From Pseudomonadales bacterium (GTDB lineage: Bacteria > Pseudomonadota > Gammaproteobacteria > Pseudomonadales > Azotimanducaceae): a DNA stretch of 64,000 bases. The notes under the pieces are model-generated. The model was not told the DNA's origin, made no database searches, and saw only the letters and a list, made by a program, of their open reading frames with translations. The translations under genes were made by a program, and so were the position numbers. The stretch spans positions 798-64,797 of the forward strand of contig JBPCXR010000086.1 in assembly GCA_051027215.1 (NCBI GenBank). The letters run 5' to 3'. Shown here piece by piece: positions 51,069-63,156 of the stretch (its first letter is position 1; each line of letters starts with the position of its first letter).

Positions 51069-51527
51069 ATGTTCAGAGGCATTGCCAGTGCTAGTTTGGA
51101 TGCGAAAGGTCGCATGCCGGTGCCTACCCTATACCGGGAGGACATCCTTGGTCGCGCCGCCGGAAAAGTGGTCGTAACCATCGATCTGGCCGAAAACTGC
51201 CTACTGCTCTACAGCGCGCCGGAATGGGACCAGGTCCAGCGCCGCATCGACAAATTGCCGAATTTCGGCTCGAAAGGGCGAACGCTGCAGCGTTTGTTCG
51301 TAGGTCACGCCACGGATTTGCAGTTAGATGGCAACGGCCGAATTTTGCTACCGCAGATGCTCCGTGATCACGCCGGCTTAAGCCGCAAAGTCGTCACCGT
51401 TGGCCAGGGCAACAAGATTGAGCTGTGGAGCGAAGAGGTCTGGAACGACGGCAAGGAAGAGTGGCTCAGCCCTGCCGGCCGCCAGGCGCTGCTCGACAGC
51501 GACGAGTTCGGGAGCCTGCAGATCTGA
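51069..51527 (+). CDS. mraZ: transcriptional regulator MraZ
   Basis: 152 aa (MFRGIASASLDAKGRMPVPTLYRE). Confidence 0.96.
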   Translation: MFRGIASASLDAKGRMPVPTLYREDILGRAAGKVVVTIDLAENCLLLYSAPEWDQVQRRIDKLPNFGSKGRTLQRLFVGHATDLQLDGNGRILLPQMLRDHAGLSRKVVTVGQGNKIELWSEEVWNDGKEEWLSPAGRQALLDSDEFGSLQI

Positions 51528-52528
51528 TGGCAGTGGCGCAGTCTTTGGCCCACCAACCGGTTCTCTTATCTGAAGTGCTCCAGCATTTGTTGCCGGAGTT
51601 GGTGCAGCAAAAAGGCTTTGACGGTGAGGCTAGTGCGCGGGTCAGCGGCCGTTACTTAGATGCGACTTTCGGTCGCGGTGGGCATGCACGGGCGCTGCTT
51701 GCCCAGCTCGCTACGGATGCCAGTCTCATTGTCATGGATCGAGATCCCGAAGCGGTGGCCGCGGCGAACACGCTGGCTGCAACCGATTCACGAGTTCAGG
51801 TTCTAGATGGTCCCATGTCGAAGCTTGATGAACTACTGGCTCGCAATGGGTTGCCTGTTGCCGCTGAACTCGGGCTAAACGGCATTCTCGCAGACCTTGG
51901 GGTGTCGTCCCCGCAGTTGGACGATCCTGCTCGAGGCTTCAGCTTGCGCAGCAGTGGGCCGCTAGACATGCGCATGGACAACACCCACGGATCCACCGTT
52001 GCCCAGTGGTTGCAAGCGGCAAGCGAAGACGAGATCACCCGGGTTCTGAAATCTTACGGTGAACAACCGGCAGCCCGACGCATTGCTCGGGCAATCATAG
52101 CCGCCCGGCCCATTGACGATACCCAGAGATTGGCCGACATCATTGCCGAAGCCGTTCCGGCAGCGATTCGCCGCCGCGGTGGTAGTCGTCATCCTGCAAC
52201 CCAGAGCTTCCAAGCGCTGCGCATACACATCAACGACGAGTTGGGCGAAGTGCAAGCAGCCTTGCCGAAGTTGTTCTCTGCGCTGGCAATAGGTGGGCGG
52301 CTTGCGGTGATCAGTTTCCACTCGCTGGAAGATCGTCTGGTGAAGCGGTTCTTTCGGTCACAGACCCAGCGTCCGAATGTGCCACGACGACTGCCAGTGC
52401 CCGACGCAGCGCTACCGCCGGCGGCCGCGAAAGCCATCGCCGGTCCCATTAGAGCGTCAGAGCGGGAGCTTACAGAAAACCCCCGGGCCCGCAGCGCCAC
52501 GCTGCGCGTGTTGGAGCGGATTTCATGA
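51527..52528 (+). CDS. rsmH: 16S rRNA m4C1402 methyltransferase RsmH
   Basis: The start is at the Met overlapping the mraZ stop (TGATG). It has HQPVLLSEVL and DATFGRGGH motifs. The track ORF from 51425 is an upstream extension. Confidence 0.94.
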   Translation: MAVAQSLAHQPVLLSEVLQHLLPELVQQKGFDGEASARVSGRYLDATFGRGGHARALLAQLATDASLIVMDRDPEAVAAANTLAATDSRVQVLDGPMSKLDELLARNGLPVAAELGLNGILADLGVSSPQLDDPARGFSLRSSGPLDMRMDNTHGSTVAQWLQAASEDEITRVLKSYGEQPAARRIARAIIAARPIDDTQRLADIIAEAVPAAIRRRGGSRHPATQSFQALRIHINDELGEVQAALPKLFSALAIGGRLAVISFHSLEDRLVKRFFRSQTQRPNVPRRLPVPDAALPPAAAKAIAGPIRASERELTENPRARSATLRVLERIS

Positions 52529-52785
52529 AGACCAAGCTGGTGTTGCTCAGTTTGTTGTTGGTGCTCGCTGTTACTGGTGTAGAGGTGGGTGATACAGCCC
52601 ATGGGGTTAGACGCTTGCACACTGAAATGGAAGATTTGCGGCAACGACATGACCAAGCCTTGATGCTGCACTCACAATTGCTGCTGGAAATCGGCGCAGT
52701 GGCCTCCTTGTCGCAAGTCCAGCAGTTTGCGCAGAACGAGCTGCAGATGCAGTTTCCCGAGCGCCTAGAGCAGATACGCGAATGA
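52525..52785 (+). CDS. ftsL: cell division protein FtsL
   Basis: 86 aa with a TM plus coiled coil, in the canonical slot. Confidence 0.88.
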   Translation: MKTKLVLLSLLLVLAVTGVEVGDTAHGVRRLHTEMEDLRQRHDQALMLHSQLLLEIGAVASLSQVQQFAQNELQMQFPERLEQIRE

Positions 52786-54464
52786 AGGCGTGGCGTCATT
52801 ACAGCGTGTTAGTACTGTTCTTGCTCAGCAGTGGCGCCCTGGCGTTGCGAGTTGGCTACTTAACGGTCACCGAGCGCGACTTTTTACAGGAACAAGGCAA
52901 TGCCCGCTCGGTTCGAACCGAGGAATTTCCTGCGCATCGCGGCGGCATCTTTGATCGACACGGCGAGCCGCTGGCGCTCAGTACACCCGTGAACGCAGTC
53001 TGGGCAGACCCCAGCCGCAGCGTTTTCTCTGCTAAGCAGATTCAGGCAATTGCCGGAGTCTTGAGATTGGATGTAGCAGCGCTTGAACAAACGTTGGCAC
53101 CAGGATCCAACAAACAGTTCGTTTTCATCAAACGCCAGGTCGCACAGGCGCAAGTCCAGGATCTACGTAGTTTGGACATCGAAGGGTTGCACTTCTCCCA
53201 GGAGTACAAGCGATTTTATCCAGCCGCGGAAAGTGCAGCTCACGTCGTGGGTAAAACCAGTGTCGATGATCTTGGATTGGAAGGCATTGAGTTAGCGTTT
53301 GATGATCGGCTGCGTGGGCGTCCGGGCGCAAAGCGAGTGCTGAAGGATCGGCGTGGGGACGTGATTGCGACTTTGGATTACCTGCGCCCAGCCCAGTATG
53401 GCCAGGATCTGACGCTCAGCATCGACATGCGCTTGCAGTATTTCGCCTACCGGGAATTGAAGTCTGCGGTGGCGGGTCAGAGCGCAGCAGCTGCCTCATT
53501 GGTGTTGCTCGATGCGCGCAGCGGCGAGATTCTGGCGTTGGCTAATGCTCCCTCATACAACCCCAACGAGCCACAAACTGGCGACTATCGTGGCAAACGG
53601 AATCTCGCCGTCACCGATACTTACGAGCCTGGCTCGACCATTAAGCCGTTCACGCTCTTGGCTGCTTTGGAGTCCGGATCGTTTACGGCGAAAAGCGTGA
53701 TCGATACCTCGCCGGGTTATATGCGAGTCGGCAAGAAGCTCATTGAGGATCCGTTGAATCGCGGTTCTATTACCCTGGCGCGCGCGCTGCAGAAGTCCAG
53801 CCAGGTGGCCATTGCCAAACTCGCGTTAGCGCTGCAGGAGCGGGCGGTATTCGAAGTGCTGGCACGAGCAGGCATTGGCGACTTTATCGGCACGGGTTTG
53901 CCCGGTGAAGCCACGGGCTATCTCACCGACGAAGATCTCAAGCGTCCCATTACCCGCGTCACCTTGGCTTATGGCTACGGCTTGTCCGCTTCGCCGTTGC
54001 AGCTGGCGCAGGCGTACTTGAGCTTGGCCGCAAAGGGGCAACGCATTCCGTTGTCGATACTAAAACGCGAGGGCACTGTTCCTGGAGATCGCGTTTTCGA
54101 TGAGCGCGATACGCGGGCAGTTTTGGAAATGATGGAGCTGGTGACCCACGCTGAGGGCACTGCACCGAAGGCCCGCATTCCTGGCTATCGAATTGCTGGT
54201 AAAACCGGGACCGCGCGAAAGCTCCACAACGGTCGCTACGATGACGAGCGTCACGTGGCGCTGTTTGCAGGCGTAGCGCCGGTGAGCGATCCGCGCATAG
54301 TTATGGTTGTAGTGGTAGATGAACCAGGGACCCGAGCTTCCGGTGGCGGTGCAGCCGCAGCGCCGATCTTTGCTCGCGTCGGTGAACGGGCTCTGCGACT
54401 GTTGGGCGTAGTTCCCGATGCGCCGATGCTGATTGCCGATGGTGCCGGAGCGAGCCGCTCATGA
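52782..54464 (+). CDS. ftsI: peptidoglycan D,D-transpeptidase FtsI (PBP3)
   Basis: 560 aa with the active-site STIKP motif, an SSQ motif (SxN position) and a KTGT motif. Confidence 0.95.
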   Translation: MKAWRHYSVLVLFLLSSGALALRVGYLTVTERDFLQEQGNARSVRTEEFPAHRGGIFDRHGEPLALSTPVNAVWADPSRSVFSAKQIQAIAGVLRLDVAALEQTLAPGSNKQFVFIKRQVAQAQVQDLRSLDIEGLHFSQEYKRFYPAAESAAHVVGKTSVDDLGLEGIELAFDDRLRGRPGAKRVLKDRRGDVIATLDYLRPAQYGQDLTLSIDMRLQYFAYRELKSAVAGQSAAAASLVLLDARSGEILALANAPSYNPNEPQTGDYRGKRNLAVTDTYEPGSTIKPFTLLAALESGSFTAKSVIDTSPGYMRVGKKLIEDPLNRGSITLARALQKSSQVAIAKLALALQERAVFEVLARAGIGDFIGTGLPGEATGYLTDEDLKRPITRVTLAYGYGLSASPLQLAQAYLSLAAKGQRIPLSILKREGTVPGDRVFDERDTRAVLEMMELVTHAEGTAPKARIPGYRIAGKTGTARKLHNGRYDDERHVALFAGVAPVSDPRIVMVVVVDEPGTRASGGGAAAAPIFARVGERALRLLGVVPDAPMLIADGAGASRS

Positions 54465-55939
54465 GTCTATCGGCGTCACAGTGGCTCCAAGGTCTTGAGT
54501 TCCAAGGGCAGCCAGGTTCGGTGGTGGTTACCGGGCTGACGGACGACTCCCGCAGGGTGAGTCCTGGGGATTGTTTTGTTGCGGTTGCGGGGGCTGCGAG
54601 CGACGGTCACGAATACGCATCTGCAGCAGTCGCAGCGGGCGCTGTACTGGTTTTGGCGGAACGAGCGCTGCCGAACTTGGTGGTGCCGGTATTGCTGCAT
54701 CCTCAACTGGCGCAACTGCGCAGTGAGTTAGCAGCTCGTTTTTATAATCGGCCCAGCGAGCATTTGCGGATCGTCGGTATCACGGGTACCAATGGCAAGA
54801 CCAGCGTGGCTCACTACACCGCAGAACTCGCTGAACGCTTGGGCGTGGCGTCGGGCTACATGGGCACCGTTGGTTGGGGGCGCCCAGGACGGCTAGAGGA
54901 CGCTGCGCTAACAACCGTCGACGCCATTACATTGCAGCAGCGCTTAGCCGATTTCGTGCAGCAGGACTGTGAGCTGGCAGTCCTCGAAGTTAGTTCCCAC
55001 GCCTTGGTACAGCACCGTCTGGCCTCAGTGGCCACCGCCGTTGCGGTGTTCACCAATCTGACCCGAGATCATTTGGATTTTCACGGCTCATTTGAGAATT
55101 ACGCCGAGGCCAAACTGCAATTGTTTCAACGTACTGAGCTGCAAACGGTGGTAACCAACGTTGAGGACCCATTGGGATTGCAAATAGCCACGCAAATGGC
55201 AAGCCGGGAAGGTGTACGGCTGGTGTGTTGTGGCAGTGATGAGGCTACAGCAGTTGCCGGTGCCAGCGTCGTACAATGGTCTGGGCTGCGTTTCGCTTCG
55301 ACCAGCATTGAGGGTGAGTGGCGCACCAGTTGGGGCACTGCGCCGTTTAGCTTGCCGTTGCTCGGTGAGTTTGCGGTGGCCAACGTCGCCGCTGCGCTGG
55401 CGGTGATGTTGAGTGAAGGCGTTGAATTTAGCCAAGCAGTGTCTGCTGCTAACAGGCTGCAAGGCGTGCCCGGACGTATGGAGCGTTTCGCCGCGCCGGG
55501 TCGGCCAACCGTCGTGGTGGACTATGCTCACACCCCGGATGCGCTGGCGAAAGCGCTAACCGCATTGCGCTGTCATTCCAGCGCGAGGTTGCTGGTGGTA
55601 TTCGGCTGTGGTGGTGATCGCGATCGCGGTAAGCGTTCGCAAATGGGCTCGGTGTGCGCTGAGCTTGCGGATCTGATTTATCTCACTAGCGACAATCCCC
55701 GCAGTGAAGACCCCGAGAAAATACTTGATGACATTGCCGTTGGCATCCCCGCCGGCACTGCGGTGCGACGCGTAGCCGATCGGCAGCGCGCTATTACGGA
55801 AGCCGTTGCCGCAGCCGACAACGAAGATCTGATCCTAGTAGCCGGCAAGGGCCACGAAGACTATCAAGAGATTGCCGGGCAACGTCGCGCTTTTAGTGAT
55901 CGCATGCTGGTTCAATCGCTGTTGGGAGAAGCTGCCTGA
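54461..55939 (+). CDS. murE: UDP-MurNAc-L-Ala-D-Glu:meso-DAP ligase
   Basis: 492 aa with P-loop [10 protein letters not shown] and a DNPR motif. Confidence 0.94.
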   Translation: MSLSASQWLQGLEFQGQPGSVVVTGLTDDSRRVSPGDCFVAVAGAASDGHEYASAAVAAGAVLVLAERALPNLVVPVLLHPQLAQLRSELAARFYNRPSEHLRIVGITGTNGKTSVAHYTAELAERLGVASGYMGTVGWGRPGRLEDAALTTVDAITLQQRLADFVQQDCELAVLEVSSHALVQHRLASVATAVAVFTNLTRDHLDFHGSFENYAEAKLQLFQRTELQTVVTNVEDPLGLQIATQMASREGVRLVCCGSDEATAVAGASVVQWSGLRFASTSIEGEWRTSWGTAPFSLPLLGEFAVANVAAALAVMLSEGVEFSQAVSAANRLQGVPGRMERFAAPGRPTVVVDYAHTPDALAKALTALRCHSSARLLVVFGCGGDRDRGKRSQMGSVCAELADLIYLTSDNPRSEDPEKILDDIAVGIPAGTAVRRVADRQRAITEAVAAADNEDLILVAGKGHEDYQEIAGQRRAFSDRMLVQSLLGEAA

Positions 55940-57021
55940 TGTTGTTGTGGCTGACCCAGTATTTGTCAGAGTACATCAGCGGCTTTTCAGTGTTCCAGTA
56001 TCTGACTTTTCGTACCATGGTGAGCGTGGTGACGGCGTTGAGCATGGGTTTGCTCATCGGTCCCGTCGTGATCAAACAACTCTCTGCGCTGCAAATTGGT
56101 CAAGTGGTTCGCACCGATGGCCCTGAAAGCCACTTCAGTAAAGCCGGCACACCTACTATGGGTGGCACGCTGATTCTGATAGTGATCTTAATCACCACCT
56201 TGCTCTGGGGCGACCTGAGCAATCGTTACGTATGGACTGTTCTCATAGTCACCATGGCTTTCGGTCTGATTGGCTTTTGGGATGACTACTTGAAAGTGGT
56301 GCATAAAAACAGTCGTGGACTAATCGGCCGGTGGAAATATTTTTGGCAATCGATCGTTGGTCTCGGCGCAGCCGTGTTCTTGTTCACCAGCGCAACCAGC
56401 GCCGCAGAAACCGAGCTAATTGTGCCGTTCTTTAAGAACGTGGCGATACCGCTTGGCTTTGGCTATCTCGCCGTCACCTATTTCGTAATCGTTGGTACCT
56501 CCAACGCCGTCAATCTGACCGACGGTCTCGACGGGCTGGCGATTCTGCCGACGGTGATGGTTGGCGCCGCCCTTGGACTGATTGCCTATGTGGCCGGCAA
56601 CATTGAGTTTTCTGCCTACCTGCAAATTCCGTATATTCCGGACGCCGGCGAGCTATCGGTGTTCTGCGGCGCGCTAATTGGCGCCGGCCTGGGTTTCTTG
56701 TGGTTCAACACCTATCCGGCTCAGGTATTTATGGGCGACGTCGGCGCATTGGCACTCGGCGCGGCACTGGGGGTTGTTGCAGTCATAGTTCGTCACGAGA
56801 TTGTACTGTTCATTATGGGCGGCGTGTTTGTGCTGGAAACCGTGTCGGTGATCTTGCAGGTGCTGTCGTATCGACTTACCGGACGGCGCATCTTTCGCAT
56901 GGCGCCGATTCATCATCATTTCGAATTGAAGGGCTGGCCGGAGCCGCGAGTCATCGTGCGCTTTTGGATTATCACCGTGGTGTTGGTGCTCATTGGTCTT
57001 TCGACGTTGAAGCTGCGATGA
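55939..57021 (+). CDS. mraY: phospho-MurNAc-pentapeptide translocase
   Basis: 360-aa polytopic protein (MLLWLTQYL ... HHHFELKGW). Confidence 0.96.
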   Translation: MLLWLTQYLSEYISGFSVFQYLTFRTMVSVVTALSMGLLIGPVVIKQLSALQIGQVVRTDGPESHFSKAGTPTMGGTLILIVILITTLLWGDLSNRYVWTVLIVTMAFGLIGFWDDYLKVVHKNSRGLIGRWKYFWQSIVGLGAAVFLFTSATSAAETELIVPFFKNVAIPLGFGYLAVTYFVIVGTSNAVNLTDGLDGLAILPTVMVGAALGLIAYVAGNIEFSAYLQIPYIPDAGELSVFCGALIGAGLGFLWFNTYPAQVFMGDVGALALGAALGVVAVIVRHEIVLFIMGGVFVLETVSVILQVLSYRLTGRRIFRMAPIHHHFELKGWPEPRVIVRFWIITVVLVLIGLSTLKLR

Positions 57022-58427
57022 ACAAGCAGGCAAGCACATCTGCAAAAACAACCCTGGTGGTAGGAGCGGGCACCACCGGGCTGTCTGTGCTGCGACACCT
57101 TTACGGCCAAGAACCGCTGGTGCTGATCGATACTCGGGGACCTGAAGTCTTTGGCGCCGACGCACAGGCCGAGTTACCGGCAGTGCAGACCTTGCTCGAT
57201 GCTGATCGAGTGCATCTAGAGACACAATTGAATAGTGTGCTACCCAAGATTCGCAGAGCAGTGCTCAGCCCAGGCTTGAGCGAGGATCATTGGCTGTTGC
57301 GACGGCTGCGAGACGAGAACATCTCGCTGTGCACCGACATCGATCTGTTTTTTGCTGCTGTGGATGTGCCTGTTATCGGTATCACGGGGACCAATGGCAA
57401 GAGCACGGTCACCTCCTTGGTGGCTACGCTGTTGAGCGCCGTCGGCTTGCGGGCTCGTGCTGGCGGCAACCTAGGTCCCGCGGCGCTGGATTTGTTGAGT
57501 GAGGATGCCGATGCCTTCGTGTTGGAGCTGTCGAGTTTTCAGCTGGCACGCAGCGAGCGCTTGCCCTACCGGGTAGCCTGTATTCTAAACATTTGTCCGG
57601 ATCATCTGGACTATCACGGCACGATGTCTGCCTACATAGAAGCCAAGCAGCGCATCTATACAGCAGCAACGCACGCGGTATACGCTCGCGAAGACGCCGA
57701 GACTTATCCCAACTCAGGTCCAGACGGCGGCCCGGCTGCGCGCAGCTCTTTTGGTTTGGATGCCCCGGCGCTGGGAGATGTAGGCGTACTGATCCAGAAT
57801 CAGACGCGTTGGCTGGTAGCGGCGGTGGATTCAGTGGCCAGTCCTTGGCTGGTGCTGCCCTGTGCTGAGCTGGGTATTCCTGGTCGTCACAACGAAAGCA
57901 ACGCCTTGGCAGCGCTGGCCATGGTGCTTGCGTTGCTTCCAGAGCCACCCGATTCTGAGGCGCTCGCCGAGGCTCTGCGAGGGTTTTCCGGCTTGCCGCA
58001 TCGCTGCGAGCGGGTTGCCGTAGTTAACGACGTAACGTTCATCAACGATTCGAAAGCCACCAACGTTGGTGCCACTGTGGCCGCTGTCGAAGGCTTGCGT
58101 AGCGATGCTGGTGCGCGGCTGTTGGTGCTCTTGGGTGGCGATGGTAAGGGCGCTGACTTCAGTGCTTTGGCACCTGTGCTGGCAACAGGCGTGCGTGCAG
58201 CCTTCGTTTACGGCGCCGATGCGCAGAGAATATACGACGTACTTGCAGATGTGCTGCCGACCCAACATTGCCCCACTTTGATTGATGCAGTGGATGCGGC
58301 GCTAGTGCAGGCCCAGCCCGGAGACAGCGTTGTGTTGTCGCCGGCCTGTGCAAGCTTTGATCAGTTTGCCAACTTTGAAGCGCGCGGCGATGCATTTCGC
58401 CAGTACGTACAGGAGTTGGCAGCGTGA
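57018..58427 (+). CDS. murD: UDP-MurNAc-L-Ala:D-Glu ligase
   Basis: The start is at the ATG overlapping the mraY stop (ATGA). It has [10 protein letters not shown] and [10 protein letters not shown] motifs. The track ORF from 56700 is an upstream extension. Confidence 0.93.
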   Translation: MNKQASTSAKTTLVVGAGTTGLSVLRHLYGQEPLVLIDTRGPEVFGADAQAELPAVQTLLDADRVHLETQLNSVLPKIRRAVLSPGLSEDHWLLRRLRDENISLCTDIDLFFAAVDVPVIGITGTNGKSTVTSLVATLLSAVGLRARAGGNLGPAALDLLSEDADAFVLELSSFQLARSERLPYRVACILNICPDHLDYHGTMSAYIEAKQRIYTAATHAVYAREDAETYPNSGPDGGPAARSSFGLDAPALGDVGVLIQNQTRWLVAAVDSVASPWLVLPCAELGIPGRHNESNALAALAMVLALLPEPPDSEALAEALRGFSGLPHRCERVAVVNDVTFINDSKATNVGATVAAVEGLRSDAGARLLVLLGGDGKGADFSALAPVLATGVRAAFVYGADAQRIYDVLADVLPTQHCPTLIDAVDAALVQAQPGDSVVLSPACASFDQFANFEARGDAFRQYVQELAA

Positions 58428-59584
58428 TCGGTATCTTGCGCGAATCCGAACCTGACCGAATTCTAATCGCGGCGGCGCTGGCATTGATTACCCTTGGGGC
58501 GATCATGGTGCCATCTGCGTCGGTCGCTCTGGGCGATGGTTACTGGATCAGGCATTGGATTTACCTGGCTGTTGCCGGTTTCGGCTTTTTGACCATGTTG
58601 CTGATTCCCACCGAGGTCTGGCTGCGGCTGCGAAACATCGCTCTGGTGCTGGCGTTTGCGTTATGCGCACTGGTTCTGGTCAACGGTATAGGCCGTGAAG
58701 TGAACGGTGCGCGACGTTGGATTGATCTCGGCTTTTTTACGCTACAGAGTTCGGAATTCGCCAAAGTATTGGTTCTGATTTACTTGGCGGGGTTCTTACA
58801 GCGCTTCGAACATCGCGGTGCGGAACTGCGAGGCGCGCTGGTTGTGCCGCTAGGTCTGATCGTTGTACTTAGCGCGCTGCTGCTAGCAGAACCTGACTTC
58901 GGCACGGTGGTGGTCCTCACTTTGCTGACTTGCACGTTGCTGTTTGTTGCCGGTGTTCGCCTGCGACTGTTTTTGCTGGTTGCCACGGTTGCGCTGGCTC
59001 TGTTTGCTGCGCTGATCTACTGGCAGCCGTATCGACTGGCGCGGTTTGCTTCCTTTACTGATCCTTGGTCAGTGGCGTTCGGCGATGGCTATCAACTGAC
59101 TCAATCACTGATTGCTTTTGGCCGAGGCGGCTACTTCGGTCAGGGGCTCGGCGAGGGTGTACAAAAACTCCACTACCTGCCGGAAGCGCACAACGACTTT
59201 ATTTTCGCAGTAATCGTTGAGGAGCTTGGGTTGTTGGGGGCGCTATTGCTCATGCTGGTATTCGTTGCCTTAGTGGCCCGTCTGCTCGCTGTCGCTGCCC
59301 GCGCGGTGAAGCAGGAGCACTGGCATGGCAGCTACCTCGCTTACGGTGCTGCAGTGCTATTGGGTGGGCAATTTCTGATCAACATCGGCGTGAACACAGG
59401 CGCACTTCCTACCAAAGGATTGACCCTACCGTTGATCAGCTTTGGCGGTAATAGCTTGATCGCCAGTGGCTTGTTGCTTGGGCTGGGCTTTCGCGTGCAA
59501 CTGGAGTGTGACCGGCCGACCCGCAAGGGCCGCAGGATGGCGCGGCGTCGGGCTGCTGTGGGGCGAGGGCGCAAGCGTGGCTGA
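58424..59584 (+). CDS. ftsW: SEDS glycosyltransferase FtsW
   Basis: 386-aa polytopic protein with a SEDS-like [12 protein letters not shown] motif. Confidence 0.93.
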   Translation: MIGILRESEPDRILIAAALALITLGAIMVPSASVALGDGYWIRHWIYLAVAGFGFLTMLLIPTEVWLRLRNIALVLAFALCALVLVNGIGREVNGARRWIDLGFFTLQSSEFAKVLVLIYLAGFLQRFEHRGAELRGALVVPLGLIVVLSALLLAEPDFGTVVVLTLLTCTLLFVAGVRLRLFLLVATVALALFAALIYWQPYRLARFASFTDPWSVAFGDGYQLTQSLIAFGRGGYFGQGLGEGVQKLHYLPEAHNDFIFAVIVEELGLLGALLLMLVFVALVARLLAVAARAVKQEHWHGSYLAYGAAVLLGGQFLINIGVNTGALPTKGLTLPLISFGGNSLIASGLLLGLGFRVQLECDRPTRKGRRMARRRAAVGRGRKRG

Positions 59585-61076
59585 TCGGCGCGAACATATT
59601 CTGCATGAAGGCTCACCCATTCAGAGTGCAGGTGAGCTTGGCAAGGTCGCGACTAAGGGCTATCAGGTGCCGGAGATGCGGCGCGTGCGACGCATTCATT
59701 TTGTCGGCATTGGCGGGGCTGGTATGTCGGGCATTGCTGAGGTGCTCATCAACCAAGGCTATAAAATCTCTGGCAGTGACCTGGCACCCTCGGCAGTGAC
59801 GCGACGACTGCAACGATTGGGCGCAACCGTACTGTTTGGCCACGAAGCTGCGCACAGCGAAGGCGCGGATGTCATGGTGGTCTCCAGCGCCATAGATTCT
59901 AGCAACCCTGAAGTTGCCGCCGCCCATGCTCAACGAGTGCCGGTAATTCCACGGGCTGAAATGCTGGGCGAGCTCATGCGCTATCGCCATGGTATTGCTA
60001 TAGCAGGAACCCACGGCAAGACCACCACCACTAGCTTGGTCACCTCGATCTTTCAGGCCGCGGGGCTCGATCCCACGTTTGTCATCGGTGGCTTGCTTAT
60101 GAGTGCTGGTACCAATGCGCAACTAGGTGCAGGTCGGTTCATCGTGGTTGAAGCAGATGAAAGCGATGCATCGTTTTTACACTTGAAGCCCATGTTGGCA
60201 GTGGTCACCAATATCGATCAGGACCACATGGCAACCTACGGTCATGACTTCGCTGTACTCAAACAGGCGTTCGTAGACTTTTTGCATCAACTGCCATTCT
60301 ACGGTAGTGCTGTAGTTTGTGTAGACGATGCCAATGCCCGGGAAGTCCTCGAGGAAATCTCTCGTCCTGTGGTGACCTACGGCTTCAGTGAAGATGCGGC
60401 GTTTCAGGCGCTGGAACTACAAGCGAACGGCCATCTATGGCGTTTCACCGTGAAACGCCCGGCACCGCATCCACCGCTGGACATAGAGCTTGGCCTGCCA
60501 GGACGTCACAATGTTCGCAATGCCCTTGCGGCCATTGCGGTTGCTACCGACGAGGGCGTCGCAGACGCCGCCATCATTCAGGGGCTTAAGGAATTCCGTG
60601 GTGTGGGTCGTCGCTTTCAAACTTTTTCTGCAGTTGCAGTGGGTGAAAGCACGGTAACTGTGGTGGATGACTATGGACATCATCCCACCGAGGTTGAAGC
60701 GGTGATCGAGACAGCGCGTAGTGTCTGGCCCGACCGACGCTTGTTGATGTGTTACCAACCGCATCGCTATAGCCGCACACGAGATCTGTACGATGATTTC
60801 GTGCGGGTACTGTCGATGCTTGATGCAGTGGTGGTGTTGGAAGTTTACAGCGCAGGGGAAACACCCATCGCTGGAGCCGATGGCCGGGCGTTGTGTCAGG
60901 GATTGCGCCAGCGTGGCGAAGTGCTGCCGGTATACGCTAAGGACACGACCGAAGCTGCCGCATTGCTCCCAAGCTTGGTGCGTGAAGATGACGTCGTCAT
61001 CGTACAGGGCGCGGGCAACATCAGCGCGCTGTCGGCTGAGCTCACTGAAGCAGCCCGCAGCGAGGTGCCGTCATGA
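59577..61076 (+). CDS. murC: UDP-MurNAc:L-Ala ligase
   Basis: It has [26 protein letters not shown] and GTHGKTTTT motifs. The start is uncertain; the candidates are GTG 59577, GTG near 59667 and ATG 59676. The track ORF from 59466 overlaps ftsW. Confidence 0.92.
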   Translation: MADRREHILHEGSPIQSAGELGKVATKGYQVPEMRRVRRIHFVGIGGAGMSGIAEVLINQGYKISGSDLAPSAVTRRLQRLGATVLFGHEAAHSEGADVMVVSSAIDSSNPEVAAAHAQRVPVIPRAEMLGELMRYRHGIAIAGTHGKTTTTSLVTSIFQAAGLDPTFVIGGLLMSAGTNAQLGAGRFIVVEADESDASFLHLKPMLAVVTNIDQDHMATYGHDFAVLKQAFVDFLHQLPFYGSAVVCVDDANAREVLEEISRPVVTYGFSEDAAFQALELQANGHLWRFTVKRPAPHPPLDIELGLPGRHNVRNALAAIAVATDEGVADAAIIQGLKEFRGVGRRFQTFSAVAVGESTVTVVDDYGHHPTEVEAVIETARSVWPDRRLLMCYQPHRYSRTRDLYDDFVRVLSMLDAVVVLEVYSAGETPIAGADGRALCQGLRQRGEVLPVYAKDTTEAAALLPSLVREDDVVIVQGAGNISALSAELTEAARSEVPS

Positions 61077-61834
61077 TAGATGTCGCTTCTTTCACCCGCT
61101 ATGGCGCAACGGCAGCTGGGTTGTTTACGGTGCTTGCCGCCGGCGCTTTGCTGTTTGCGGAGCTGAACCGACCGGTCGAGCAAATTCGCATTGAAGGCCA
61201 ATTGACCGGCGAAGAGCGACGCTTGATTGAACAAGCGCTTACCGGGCACGCCGACGCCCGTATCCTTACCGCGTCGTTGTCTAAGGTTGTAGCCGATGTC
61301 GATGCGCTGGGATGGCCGCAGAATGTCACAGTGCGTCGGGATTGGCCGGACACGTTGGTGCTGCGGATCAATAAGCAGGGCGTGATTGCGCGTTGGAAGG
61401 GTGATCAGTATCTAACCAGCAATGGCCGGGTGATCAATGAGGCCGATGTAACCGGCGAATTGCCAAGCATTGAAGTTGAGTCCATTTCCCCGGAAGTAGC
61501 GTTGTCCACTCTGCAGCAGCTAGACGAGCGCGCACGACTGCATGGGCTGCGAATCGCACAACTGCGACACAGCGCGGCCCAGGGTTGGTGGCTACATCAA
61601 GACGACGGCGTTCGCGTGAACCTAGGGCGCGGCCATTCCAAAGCGGTGCTGTTGACTCGCTACCAGCGCTTTCTGCGGGTGCGATCGCAGCTGTCAGCAG
61701 AGCAGCGCTCCGGTGTCGAATACGCAGACGTGCGCTATGCCAATGGCGTGGCGCTCAAAGCTCGTAGTGCGGATGACCCCGCACTGCTGATCGGCCAAGC
61801 AGAATCAACGAGGACGGTGATTGATGGGCGTTAG
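61073..61834 (+). CDS. ftsQ: cell division protein FtsQ
   Basis: 253 aa with an N-terminal TM and a POTRA-like region. Its ATG overlaps the murC stop (ATGA). Confidence 0.88.
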   Translation: MIDVASFTRYGATAAGLFTVLAAGALLFAELNRPVEQIRIEGQLTGEERRLIEQALTGHADARILTASLSKVVADVDALGWPQNVTVRRDWPDTLVLRINKQGVIARWKGDQYLTSNGRVINEADVTGELPSIEVESISPEVALSTLQQLDERARLHGLRIAQLRHSAAQGWWLHQDDGVRVNLGRGHSKAVLLTRYQRFLRVRSQLSAEQRSGVEYADVRYANGVALKARSADDPALLIGQAESTRTVIDGR

Positions 61835-63071
61835 AAACAAACGTTCAGGCGAAATGGACGGCCGCAAGATCGTTGGTCTGGATATTGGCACCAACAAGGT
61901 TGCAGCAATCGTCGGTGAAATCAACGCCGACAACGAACTGGAAATCATCGGCATTGGCACTCACAACTCGCGTGGACTTAAAAAGGGCGTGGTGGTGAAT
62001 ATCGAATCCACCGTGCAATCCATTCAGCGTGCGGTGGAAGAAGCGGAGTTGATGGCGGGTTGCCACATCGAGACCGTATACGCGGGCATTGCTGGCAGTC
62101 ACATACGCTCGCTCAATTCTCACGGCATCGTGGCGATTCGTGACCGGGAAGTGTACCCCCAAGACGTGGAGCGCGTGATCGACGCTGCTCAGGCGATGGC
62201 CATTCCAGCAGACCAGAAGATTCTGCACATCCTGCCCCAAGAGTATGTGATCGACAGCCAGGAGGGTGTGAAGGAACCGCTAGGCATGAGCGGTGTTCGC
62301 TTAGAAGCGAAAGTGCACCTGGTGACTTGCGCCGTGAACGCGGCTCAGAACATCGAAAAGTGTATCGAGCGCTGCGGCTTGAACGTTCAGGATGTGATCT
62401 TGGAACAGCTTGCTTCCAGTTATTCCGTGCTCTCTGACGATGAGCGGGATCTCGGCGTGTGCTTGATCGATATCGGCGGCGGCACCACAGACATCGCGAT
62501 ATTCACCGATGGTGCGATTCGTCACACGGCAGTCATCCCGATCGCCGGGGATCAGGTGACCAACGACATCGCTATGGCCTTGCGCACACCCACGCAGAAT
62601 GCCGAAGACATCAAAATCAAGTACGCCTGCGCGTTGACCCAACTCGCGCAGGCCGATGAGACCATCAAAGTGCCCGGTGTTGGGGATAAACCCGATCGCG
62701 AGTTATCGCGACAAGCGCTGGCAGAGGTCGTCGAACCACGCTACGACGAGCTTTTTACTTTGATTCAGTCGGAGTTGCGTCGCAGCGGGTTCGAAGACCT
62801 GATCGCGGCCGGCGTCGTGCTGACCGGTGGTGCTGCCAAGATGGAAGGCGTGATCGATCTGGCGGAAGAGATTTTCCACATGCCCGTTAGCCTGGGTTCC
62901 CCGCACAACATTTCGGGGCTCAAAGACATCGTGCAAAACCCCATCTATGCCACCGGCGTAGGGCTGCTGCTCTACGGGCAGGAGCGGGAAGCGGAAAACC
63001 CAAACAGCGTTAGAAACCATGGTGCTGGGCTTGGCGCTCGCATCAAACGCTGGTTTAGCGAAAATTTTTAG
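61824..63071 (+). CDS. ftsA: cell division protein FtsA
   Basis: It has the actin-fold motifs VGLDIGTNKV and LIDIGGGTTDIA. The start is ATG 61824 or 61854. Confidence 0.95.
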   Translation: MGVRNKRSGEMDGRKIVGLDIGTNKVAAIVGEINADNELEIIGIGTHNSRGLKKGVVVNIESTVQSIQRAVEEAELMAGCHIETVYAGIAGSHIRSLNSHGIVAIRDREVYPQDVERVIDAAQAMAIPADQKILHILPQEYVIDSQEGVKEPLGMSGVRLEAKVHLVTCAVNAAQNIEKCIERCGLNVQDVILEQLASSYSVLSDDERDLGVCLIDIGGGTTDIAIFTDGAIRHTAVIPIAGDQVTNDIAMALRTPTQNAEDIKIKYACALTQLAQADETIKVPGVGDKPDRELSRQALAEVVEPRYDELFTLIQSELRRSGFEDLIAAGVVLTGGAAKMEGVIDLAEEIFHMPVSLGSPHNISGLKDIVQNPIYATGVGLLLYGQEREAENPNSVRNHGAGLGARIKRWFSENF

Positions 63072-63156
63072 TGGCGTGAACCTGTTGTTCGACCCACTAA
63101 ACACAAACGACGAGGCGCTAATGCTTCGGAGTCACAACTCATGAAAGGAGAATGAG

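Noticed and set aside
50939-51181. 67-aa and 80-aa ORFs in the mraZ leader
   Set aside because: They are short, overlap the mraZ start, and have no RBS or motif. The region is better explained as promoter and leader.
56674-57948. 183-aa and 174-aa minus-strand ORFs
   Set aside because: They are antisense to mraY and murD and have Arg/Pro/His-rich translations.
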